Origin: an uncultured Bacteroidales bacterium
GTDB lineage: Bacteria > Bacteroidota > Bacteroidia > Bacteroidales > UBA10428
Assembly (NCBI GenBank): GCA_964456825.1
Contig: CAYWCR010000005.1
Coordinates: forward strand, 9,305-73,304
Length of the DNA stretch: 64,000 bases
Reading direction: 5' to 3'
Of the stretch, positions 9,096 to 17,800 are shown one piece after another. Every line of letters starts with the position of its first letter. The first letter of the stretch is position 1. Both the position numbers and the translations under genes were made by a program. The notes below the pieces were generated by a model. The model made no database searches. It saw only the letters and a program-made list of their open reading frames with translations, and had not been told where the DNA came from.

Positions 9096-10439
9096 ATGAA
9101 GCTTTGGGAAAAGGGAATAAAAACGGATCAATGGGTGGAAAGGTTCACCGTTGGAAAGGACCGGGACATGGACCGGATCCTGGCCCCATATGATGTGCTG
9201 GGATCGCTGGCGCATGCCGCCATGCTAAAACAAACCGGAATCCTGCCTGAAACTGAGTTTCAGGCAATCCGTATTGCATTGACAGCGCTCTATAAGGACA
9301 TTGGCAGGAAAGGCTTTGAAATCGAGGAAGGCATTGAAGATGTTCATTCCCAGGTTGAACTGCTGTTGACGCGGAAACTGGGTGAAGCCGGCAAGCATAT
9401 TCATACAGCCAGGTCAAGAAATGACCAGGTGCTGCTCGACATTAAACTATACATAAGGGATGAGATTCGCCAGGTATCTGAAATAGCGGGCAAATTTTTT
9501 CACAGCCTGCAGCAGCGAAGTGAGGAAACGAAAGAAATATTGCTGCCGGGGTATACCCATTTGCAGGTGGCCATGCCTTCTTCCTTCGGCCTCTGGTTTG
9601 GCGCTTATGCAGAAAGCCTGGTGGATGATATGCAGCTGCTGCTGGCCGCGTACCGCATTGTTAATCAAAATCCGCTTGGTTCTGCTGCGGGTTACGGATC
9701 TTCCTTCCCGATCAACCGGCAGCTCACAACAGACCTGCTTGGATTTGACGCCATGAATTACAATGCTGTCTATGCACAGATGGGCAGGGGAAAAGTTGAA
9801 AAAATTGTGGCATTTGCATTGGCTTCCTTTGCTTCGACATTGTCCAAACTGGCCAGCGATGTCTGTCTTTATGCCAGTCAGAATTTCGGCTTTTTCAGAT
9901 TACCCGATGCCTACACCACGGGGTCAAGCATCATGCCGCATAAAAAGAATCCGGATGTATTCGAACTGATACGGGCCAGGTGCAATAAAATTCAAAGCCT
10001 GCCGAACGAGATCGGATTCCTTGTTAATAATCTGCCTTCAGGCTATTTCCGGGACCTTCAGGTTATCAAAGAATCCTTCCTTCCGGCATTCGATGAACTA
10101 AAAAGCTGTATTGCCATGGCTGATCTGATCACAGGCAAACTGGAAGTTAACCGGCATAGTACAGAAGGGGAATTGTATCAGTATTTATTCAGCGTTGAAG
10201 AAGTGAACAAATTGGTAGACAGCGGTGTTCCTTTCAGGGATGCATACCGGAAAATTGCCCAGGACATCAAAACCGGAAATTATCATCCGGAAAGGATGGT
10301 AAGGCATTCCCATGAAGGCAGCATCGGGAATCTTTGCAATGATAAAATAGCGTTGCGCATGAAAAGGATCTTACAGGAATTCAACTTCCGGAAAACAGAT
10401 ATAGCCATTAAAGCATTGCTGCAATATGGAAAAAAGTAA
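9096..10439 (+). CDS. argH: Argininosuccinate lyase
   Basis: HTARSRNDQV, LPGYTHLQVAMP, GSSIMPHKKNPD signature. Confidence 0.97.
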   Translation: MKLWEKGIKTDQWVERFTVGKDRDMDRILAPYDVLGSLAHAAMLKQTGILPETEFQAIRIALTALYKDIGRKGFEIEEGIEDVHSQVELLLTRKLGEAGKHIHTARSRNDQVLLDIKLYIRDEIRQVSEIAGKFFHSLQQRSEETKEILLPGYTHLQVAMPSSFGLWFGAYAESLVDDMQLLLAAYRIVNQNPLGSAAGYGSSFPINRQLTTDLLGFDAMNYNAVYAQMGRGKVEKIVAFALASFASTLSKLASDVCLYASQNFGFFRLPDAYTTGSSIMPHKKNPDVFELIRARCNKIQSLPNEIGFLVNNLPSGYFRDLQVIKESFLPAFDELKSCIAMADLITGKLEVNRHSTEGELYQYLFSVEEVNKLVDSGVPFRDAYRKIAQDIKTGNYHPERMVRHSHEGSIGNLCNDKIALRMKRILQEFNFRKTDIAIKALLQYGKK

Positions 10440-11118
10440 ACGTCAGTTCCGTATCGTAGTGCGGATTGAAATGGCCACCCTCATCAACCGGGACGGAAAA
10501 ATAAACCGGAAGAAAATGGACCGGCTCGCCATGGTATTATCGAACCTGAACAATAGCGGAAAACAAATTATGGTGGTTACTTCCGGCGCTATTGTGCTGG
10601 GCTCAGAGAAACTCAATCTTTCATCCATGCCCGGCTCAAAATTGGATATGCAGGCCACGGCAGCCGTTGGCCAGGTTGAACTCATCCGGTCATATCAGCG
10701 ATTTTTTGATGAGTATGGTCAGATAGTAGCCCAGGTGCTGGTTACAAGCGATATTGTTGAATATCCATCCCGCATTGAAAACACCCGCAACACATTTGAT
10801 ATGCTGTTGTCTATGAACATTATACCCATTGTCAATGAAAATGACCCTGTTTCAACTACGGATATTGAGCTGGATGATAATTACCCCCTGGCCCTGAAAG
10901 TTGCCAATATCGCAAGGGCTGATTTCATTGTCATAAAGTCAGCGACCAACGGTTATTATTGTATTGTTCAGGGCAATGGCAAGCCGGCTGTTGAGGTTGA
11001 AAATGAAATAACGCTTCAGGAGAAAATAGAAGAATTATGTAAGGGCATTACCCCGGCCCGGTTGGATTCATCCGGTATCGTATTCCCTGTGTCGATGGAA
11101 GAAATCTGTCCCCGTTAA
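10426..11118 (+). CDS. Degenerate glutamate 5-kinase paralogue (probable pseudokinase, ProB*)
   Basis: Colinear with the adjacent ProB over about 164 aa (VTSGAI, AAVGQ, NEND kept). VVKIGTS is VVRIEMA, GDND is DDNY, and the SDIDG and TGGM.TK motifs are absent. Confidence 0.85.
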   Translation: MEKSKRQFRIVVRIEMATLINRDGKINRKKMDRLAMVLSNLNNSGKQIMVVTSGAIVLGSEKLNLSSMPGSKLDMQATAAVGQVELIRSYQRFFDEYGQIVAQVLVTSDIVEYPSRIENTRNTFDMLLSMNIIPIVNENDPVSTTDIELDDNYPLALKVANIARADFIVIKSATNGYYCIVQGNGKPAVEVENEITLQEKIEELCKGITPARLDSSGIVFPVSMEEICPR

Positions 11119-11129
11119 CGACTGGTGTT

Positions 11130-11948
11130 ATGGAATTCAGAAAAATACTGAGAAATAAAAAAAGGATCGTTGTTAAAATAGGCACATCCACGTTGTCCTT
11201 CGAGAATGGAAGGATAAACTTTCATCGCCTTGAAAAGCTGGCGGATGTATTAAGCACTTTGCGCAAAAAGGGAATTCAGGTTGTGCTGGTCACATCAGGG
11301 GCTATCGGTGTTGGTGCAGCCAGAATCGGAATGACACAGAAGCCCAGGGAACTGAACCTGAAACAGGCATTGGCAGCTATTGGCCAGGCCGAGCTTATGA
11401 AAATGTACCAGAAATTTTTTGAAGAACATAATCAGCTGGTAGCGCAGGTTTTGTTAACCAAGGATGTGGTCACCATTCACCGGCGCAACCAGCATGCCAG
11501 GAGAACCCTTGACCGTTTGCTCGATATGGGGATCATCCCTATCATCAACGAGAATGATACCATTGCCACCTATGAAATTGAATTTGGCGATAATGATTCC
11601 TTGTCGGCCATCGTAGCAACGCTGATTGAAGCTGATTTGCTGGTCATCCTCTCGGATATTGACGGATTGTATTCAGCAGACCCCAGGATGGAAACTTCTG
11701 CCGAGATTATCCATTCGGTATTTGAGATTACACCTGAGCTTGAGCAATTGGCTTCGGGTGCAGGCAGTTCCTTCAGCACGGGCGGGATGGTTACCAAAAT
11801 CGCCGCGGCCAAAATGTGCATGCAGGCAGGACTGGATTGCATTATCACCAATGGATCAGAACCTGCGGTAATTTTTGACATACTGGAAGGCAAAAAGGTC
11901 GGTACCCACTTTGTTGCCGGCCAGCAACATATTATTAACCATGCATGA
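11130..11948 (+). CDS. proB: Glutamate 5-kinase (short form, no PUA domain)
   Basis: IVVKIGTSTL, VTSGAI, INENDT, EFGDNDSL, SDIDGL, TGGMVTK. Confidence 0.97.
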   Translation: MEFRKILRNKKRIVVKIGTSTLSFENGRINFHRLEKLADVLSTLRKKGIQVVLVTSGAIGVGAARIGMTQKPRELNLKQALAAIGQAELMKMYQKFFEEHNQLVAQVLLTKDVVTIHRRNQHARRTLDRLLDMGIIPIINENDTIATYEIEFGDNDSLSAIVATLIEADLLVILSDIDGLYSADPRMETSAEIIHSVFEITPELEQLASGAGSSFSTGGMVTKIAAAKMCMQAGLDCIITNGSEPAVIFDILEGKKVGTHFVAGQQHIINHA

Positions 11949-13206
11949 TCAGTCTATGAAATCAGGGATACTGGAAAAGGGAAAAAATGTTAAGAAGGCT
12001 TCCCGGATACTGGCTGTTGCCAATACGGCCCTTAAGGATAAAGCCCTGCTATTGATCGCGGAAGAAATTGAAAAGAACCGCGAAGCCATCAGGTCAGCCA
12101 ACAGCAAGGACCTCCGGGCCGGTGTGAAAAAAGGCCTTTCGGCTGCCTTTATCGACAGGCTCACCCTGGATGACAAACGCATTGACGGCATGGTTAAAAT
12201 ATTGCATGATGTGGTCAACCTGAAGGACCCTGTTGGTGAGATTTTCAATATGAATACCATGCCTAACGGATTAAAGGTCGGCCAGATGCGGGTTCCCATC
12301 GGTGTGATCGGCATTATCTTTGAATCCCGTCCGAATGTTTGCATAGAAGTGGCCTCACTGACGGTAAAATCAGGTAACGCAGCGCTTTTAAAAGGAGGAT
12401 CAGATGCCATTCATTCCAACATCTGCCTTACCCGCATAATTAAAAAGGGTTTGTTGAATGCAGGTTTGCCGGAAAGTTGTATCGAGATCATTGATAATAC
12501 AAGCCGGGAATCGGTGCTGGAAATGGTTAAAATGAAGGAATATATTGATGTTATCATTCCCAGGGGAGGACTTCAGTTGATACGCTTTGTGGAAGAAAAT
12601 TCGGTAATACCCGTCATCCGGCATGATCAGGGAATATGCCATACCTATGTTGACGAGTTTGCCAGCCTGCAGATGGCCTTGAGTATTTGCCTCAATGCCA
12701 AAGCCCAGCGTCCGGGCGTATGCAATGCCATGGAGACCTTGCTGGTGCATTCGGAAATTGCCCCGGTTTTTTTACCCATGATGGAGAAGGAATATAAAAA
12801 GGCAGGCGTAAAATTAAAGGGATGCAACAAAACAAAAATGATCCTGCCGGATATTCAGGACGCAACGGAAGAGGACTGGAAGACAGAATACCTCGACCTG
12901 ATCCTGGCTGTTAAAATAGTGGACAGCCTTGAGGAGGCCGTTGCCCATATTAATGAATACAGCTCGCATCATTCGGATTCCATTGTAACGGATCATTATG
13001 GCCAGGGCATGCGGTTTATAACCGAAGTCGATTCGGCAGCCTGTTTCATTAATGCTTCCACCCGCTTCAGCGACGGGAATGAATTCGGCCTCGGAGCAGA
13101 AATGGGCATCAGCAATCAAAAACTACATGTTCGGGGGCCTATGGGTCTGAAAGACCTTACGGCTCCGAAATATATTATTTTCGGTAATGGACAGATAAGA
13201 GTTTAG
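11941..13206 (+). CDS. proA: Gamma-glutamyl phosphate reductase
   Basis: VPIGVIGIIFESRPNV, KGGSDA, CNAMETLLVH, NASTRFSDGNEFGLGAEMGIS. Start at 11941 (or 11956) overlaps the proB stop. Confidence 0.97.
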   Translation: MHDQSMKSGILEKGKNVKKASRILAVANTALKDKALLLIAEEIEKNREAIRSANSKDLRAGVKKGLSAAFIDRLTLDDKRIDGMVKILHDVVNLKDPVGEIFNMNTMPNGLKVGQMRVPIGVIGIIFESRPNVCIEVASLTVKSGNAALLKGGSDAIHSNICLTRIIKKGLLNAGLPESCIEIIDNTSRESVLEMVKMKEYIDVIIPRGGLQLIRFVEENSVIPVIRHDQGICHTYVDEFASLQMALSICLNAKAQRPGVCNAMETLLVHSEIAPVFLPMMEKEYKKAGVKLKGCNKTKMILPDIQDATEEDWKTEYLDLILAVKIVDSLEEAVAHINEYSSHHSDSIVTDHYGQGMRFITEVDSAACFINASTRFSDGNEFGLGAEMGISNQKLHVRGPMGLKDLTAPKYIIFGNGQIRV

Positions 13207-13233
13207 GAGTATTTACCTTAAAAACTAAGCATT

Positions 13234-14577
13234 ATGAATGATATCCTGCAAAAACTGGAGACCTTAACCATCAAGGCTTCCGAGATTGACAAGGGACTCT
13301 TTGAAAAATTTAACGTAAAACGCGGACTTCGCAATCCGGACGGAACAGGAGTTCTTGTCGGCCTTACCAACATCGGCGATGTTGTGGGATATGAAAAACA
13401 GGGAGATAAAATAATACCCTGTGACGGCCGCCTTTTTTACCGGGGAATTGAAATTACCGAACTGGTGAATGGTTTTCAGAAAGATCACCGGCATGGATTT
13501 GATGAATCGGTATATTTATTGCTGACCGGAAGTCTGCCAAGCAAAGAAAACCTTGACATGTTTTCATCCTATCTGGTCGGCCATCGTGACCTGCCGAACA
13601 GCTTCGTTAACCTGATCCTTTCCTTCCGGGGGAAGAATATCATGAATATGCTGGCACGGTCTGTCCTGGTTATGTATACCATGGATGACGATGTAGAAAA
13701 TTACTCCCATATCAACCTGCTGAAGCAATCCCTTACCCTGATCGCCAAGTTCCCGATCATTGCCTCTTATATCTTTTTTAGCTTCAGGCATACCTATCAG
13801 CGGAAATCATTAATATTCAGGCATCCGGATCCGGCCCTCAGCACCGCTGAGAACTTCCTGTACATGCTGAAAGGTGAGGGATATTCCAGGCTGGAGGCAG
13901 ATATCCTTGATCTTTCGCTGGTGCTGCACGCTGAGCACGGAGGTGGTAACAATTCAACCTTTGCAACCCGCGTAATCAGTTCAGCCGGCACGGATACCTA
14001 TTCTGCCATTGCAGCCGGCCTCGGATCCCTGAAAGGCTATCTCCATGGCGGTGCGAACCTTCAGGTGGAAGAAATGATGCGGGATATCAAGAAAAATGTA
14101 AAGGACTGGAATAACCAGGAAGAGATCCTTGACTACCTGATAAAAATATTGCAGGGACAAGCCGGAGACGGTTCAGGCAAGATATATGGCATTGGGCATG
14201 CCATCTATACATTGTCTGATCCGCGCGCTATTTTACTAAAGGAAAAGGCAAAGGAACTGGCTGAATCCAAGGGAAAACTGGATGAGTACAATCTTTACGA
14301 AAGTGTTGAAAAACTCGCACCCGAAGCTTTTGCACGGTTCAAGGGTGATAATGCGAAGGTTGTCAGCGCCAATGTTGACTTCTACTCGGGATTTGTATAC
14401 AAATGCATCGATATTCCCAAGGAGTTGTTCACCCCTATTTTTGCCGTGGCCAGAATGGCTGGCTGGTGTGCTCACCGGCTTGAAGAGGTTACCTTTTCTT
14501 CTCGGCGCATCATTCGTCCGGCCTATCGCAATGTTTTTGGCAGGGTGGATTATGAAGATCTGGAAGAAAGAGCATAA
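13234..14577 (+). CDS. gltA: Citrate synthase (citrate/2-methylcitrate synthase family)
   Basis: LHAEHGGGNNST, LHGGAN, YGIGHAIY..SDPRA, ANVDFYSG, ARMAGWCAH. Confidence 0.93.
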   Translation: MNDILQKLETLTIKASEIDKGLFEKFNVKRGLRNPDGTGVLVGLTNIGDVVGYEKQGDKIIPCDGRLFYRGIEITELVNGFQKDHRHGFDESVYLLLTGSLPSKENLDMFSSYLVGHRDLPNSFVNLILSFRGKNIMNMLARSVLVMYTMDDDVENYSHINLLKQSLTLIAKFPIIASYIFFSFRHTYQRKSLIFRHPDPALSTAENFLYMLKGEGYSRLEADILDLSLVLHAEHGGGNNSTFATRVISSAGTDTYSAIAAGLGSLKGYLHGGANLQVEEMMRDIKKNVKDWNNQEEILDYLIKILQGQAGDGSGKIYGIGHAIYTLSDPRAILLKEKAKELAESKGKLDEYNLYESVEKLAPEAFARFKGDNAKVVSANVDFYSGFVYKCIDIPKELFTPIFAVARMAGWCAHRLEEVTFSSRRIIRPAYRNVFGRVDYEDLEERA

Positions 14578-14590
14578 TTTTTATTAGTCA

Positions 14591-14605
14591 CCCTATAAAA
14601 TAGGG
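14591..14605. terminator. Short hairpin after gltA (possible weak terminator)
   Basis: CCCTAT-AAA-ATAGGG in AT-rich flanks; only 6 bp and no contiguous U-tract. Confidence 0.3.
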
Positions 14606-14634
14606 ATATTGTTTTAAAATATACTATTTTTTAT

Positions 14635-14642
14635 TACATTTG
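14635..14642 (+). promoter_or_regulatory. Sigma-70 -7 element (TACATTTG) of the gltBD leader
   Basis: Exact TAnnTTTG, with a TTG at about 14609-14611 as a possible -33 element; 23 nt before the leader ATG. Confidence 0.7.
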
Positions 14643-14665
14643 CCCTATCTGTTTTATAGGTTAAA

Positions 14666-14716
14666 ATGATTTTTAAAGATTTTAATAATAAGGATATTGC
14701 ATTTCAACAGGGTTGA
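14666..14716 (+). CDS. Putative gltBD leader peptide MIFKDFNNKDIAFQQG*
   Basis: ATG in A-rich context (TTAAAATG), tandem Asn and tandem Gln (CAA CAG) codons; the stop TGA is the start of the antiterminator 5' strand. Confidence 0.65.
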   Translation: MIFKDFNNKDIAFQQG

Positions 14717-14776
14717 GAATGGTATCATTATAAATTCAGGCAAAAGCCATTCTCATTACCCGGGAATGGCTTTTTT
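14714..14776 (+). terminator. Attenuator: mutually exclusive antiterminator and intrinsic terminator
   Basis: TGAGAATGG (14714-14722) pairs with CCATTCTCA (14747-14755). Alternatively AAAAGCCATTC (14742-14752) pairs with GAATGGCTTTT (14764-14774), with a U6 tract at 14771-14776. Confidence 0.75.
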
Positions 14777-14803
14777 GATTGGGTTAAGAAAAAATAATGA
14801 TTT

Positions 14804-17800
14804 ATGATAAGCAGGAGATTGCCAAAGGCACAGGGGCTGTATGATCCCTCAGAGGAAAAAGACAGTTGCGGTATCGGCTTCGTTGCGCATATCAAAGGGA
14901 TCAAGTCACATGAAATTATCAGCAGGGGAATAGAAGTCCTGGAGAATATGTCACACCGTGGTGCGGAAAGTGCTGATAATGTGACCGGCGACGGAGCCGG
15001 AATATTAATGCAGATTCCGCATAAATTGATCTTATCCAGGGGCATCAACGTTCCGGATGAGGGCAGTTACGGAACAGGTCTGGTTTTTTTGCCCAGGGGA
15101 CAGGATGAAAGGGAACAATGCGAAAAGATACTGACCGGGATCCTTGTGGCGGAGGGACTTGATGTAATACATTTTCAGGATGTCCAGGTCGATAATTCAG
15201 TGCTCGGGGAAATATCCAGCAGTTCTGAACCCTTCATCCGACAGATATATGTTACCGGAAATCATGAGCAGGATGAAATGGAAAGAAGGCTCTACATCTC
15301 CCGGAAAATGGCTGAAAACACGATCAGAAGTTCGGCCCTGAAAGATAGGGAAGCCTTTTATATTCCCAGCCTGTCAACCAAGGTTCTCATCTACAAGGGA
15401 TTGTTCACATCCCTTCAACTGGCGCAATATTTCACCGATCTGAAAAATCCCGCCATGGAAAGCGCTATTGCCATGATTCATTCGCGGTTCAGTACCAACA
15501 CTTTCCCGACATGGGATCTGGCACAGCCCTTCAGGTTTCTCTCCCACAATGGCGAGATCAATACCATCAGCAGCAACCGCATGTGGATGAATGCCCGCGA
15601 ATCGCTCATGAAAACTGAACTGTTCGGGGAAGACCTGAAGAAATTGTTCCCGGTCATAGAGCCCGGCAAAAGTGATTCGGCCTCGCTGGACAATGCGCTG
15701 GAGTTTCTGGTGCTGACGGGGAAATCATTGCCGCATGCCCTCAGCATGCTGATCCCGGAATCGTGGAATGACAAAAACCCTATTCCTGACAGCCTTAAGG
15801 CGTTTTATGAATACCACTCTACCATCATGGAGCCCTGGGACGGGCCTGCCTCGATAGTGTTCAGCGACGGACGGTATATCGGGGGTACCCTGGACAGGAA
15901 TGGACTGCGTCCCTCACGCTATATCATCACCAAAGACGACATGATCGTTATGGGGTCGGAGGTCGGCGTGCAAATCTTTCCTCCGGAGAAAATCCGTGAG
16001 AAAGGCCGGCTCATGCCGGGAAAGATTCTCCTGGTGGATACAAAATTCGGCATCATTGTGCCTGACGATGAGTTAAAAAGGCAGCTGACGGGACGGAATC
16101 CTTATGGCAACTGGCTGAAGGAAAACCGGATTGATCTGAATGATATTGTGGTAAAAGAAAGGATTCCCACCAGTCTCGGTGACCGGTTTGACCAATACCT
16201 GAGGGTATTCGGATATACAAAGGAAGATATTGATATTGTCATGAAACCCATGGCCAGGGAAGGGCAGGAACCCGTCAATTCCATGGGAAATGATACACCC
16301 CTTGCTGTCATGTCGGATAAGCCGCAACGCCTGTTCAGCTATTTCCGGCAGCATTTTGCCCAGGTTACCAATCCGCCTGTCGATCCCATTCGTGAAGGGC
16401 TGGTCATGTCGCTGACCAATTATATCGGATCGGTTTCCCGAAACTTGCTTATCGAATCCCCTGCCCATTGCAAACTGATTAAGTTCCGAAGTCCCATTGT
16501 CACCAATACGGATCTGGGGAAAATAAAAAACCTCGACCAGGGCCAGTTCTCCCATGAGGTCATTCCTATTCTGTTCCCTGCCACCGGCCATAATCCAGGA
16601 AAAGCCCTTGAAAAAGCCCTGGATGAGATTTGCCGGAAAGCTGAAAAGGCAGTGGACAACGGGCGCAATTTTATTGTCCTCTCCGACAGGGATATGAATG
16701 AAAAAATGGTGCCCATACCCTCCATCCTGGCTGTTTCTGCCGTTCATCACCACCTGATTGCAGTCAAAAAAAGAATGCAGATTGGTTTGATACTGGAATC
16801 TGCTGAACCCAGGGAAGTGAACCACTTTGCTTTGTTGTTCGCTTACGGGGCCAGTATTGTCAATCCATACGGAGCATTTTCCATCCTGGAGAAATATTGC
16901 GAGAGCGGCGATATTCAGCACGATTATGTGAAAGCCCGGGAGAATTATATCAAGGCAATAGACAAGGGATTGCTGAAAGTTATGTCTAAAATGGGCATTT
17001 CCACCCTCAGGAGTTATCTGGGATCACAGATTTTTGAGGCCATCGGAATTTCAACCGGTGTGATCAACCGGTATTTTACCGGGACCGACTCAAGGATTGA
17101 AGGCATCGGCCTGGAAGAAATAGCCAAAGAAGCCATGATGCCGCATCAGCACGCTTTTGAAAAAAATAGTCTGGAAGCAGAGAGTCTGCACAGTGAAGGC
17201 GTATATCATTACCGGACAGGCGGGGAGTATCATGCCTGGAATCCGGATACCATCGGATTGCTGCAGTGGTCAACACATACCAATGACTATGCAAAATACA
17301 GGGAATTCAGCGCTCAGGTCGATGCTGAAAACCGACGTCCTCATTTTATACGGGGCTGTGTGAATATCAAAAAGGGGAAATCAGTTCCCATTGAGGAAGT
17401 TGAACCGGTTGAATCCATCATGAAACGTTTCGTCACCGGCGCCATGTCGTATGGTTCCATCAGCAAGGAAGCCCATGAAGCCATGGCAATTGCCATGAAC
17501 TCCATTGGAGGAAGAAGCAACACCGGTGAAGGAGGGGAGGATTCAGAACGGTTTAAACCAAGAGAGGACGGTACCTTTGCCCGCAGCGCCATCAAACAGG
17601 TGGCTTCCGGGCGTTTTGGTGTCACAGCCCATTATCTTGTCAATGCCGATGAGCTTCAGATCAAGGTTGCCCAGGGGGCCAAGCCGGGAGAAGGGGGTCA
17701 GCTGCCGGGATATAAAATTGACAGGATCATTGCAAAATTAAGGCATTCCACACCCGGAATAACCCTTATCTCACCACCTCCGCATCATGATATCTATTCC

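Noticed and set aside
16073-16921. Long antisense ORFs (e.g. 16073-16921, 5571-6059, 24689-25396, 39690-40418)
   Set aside because: They mirror well-supported genes on the opposite strand, have shadow-ORF composition and carry no recognisable motifs.
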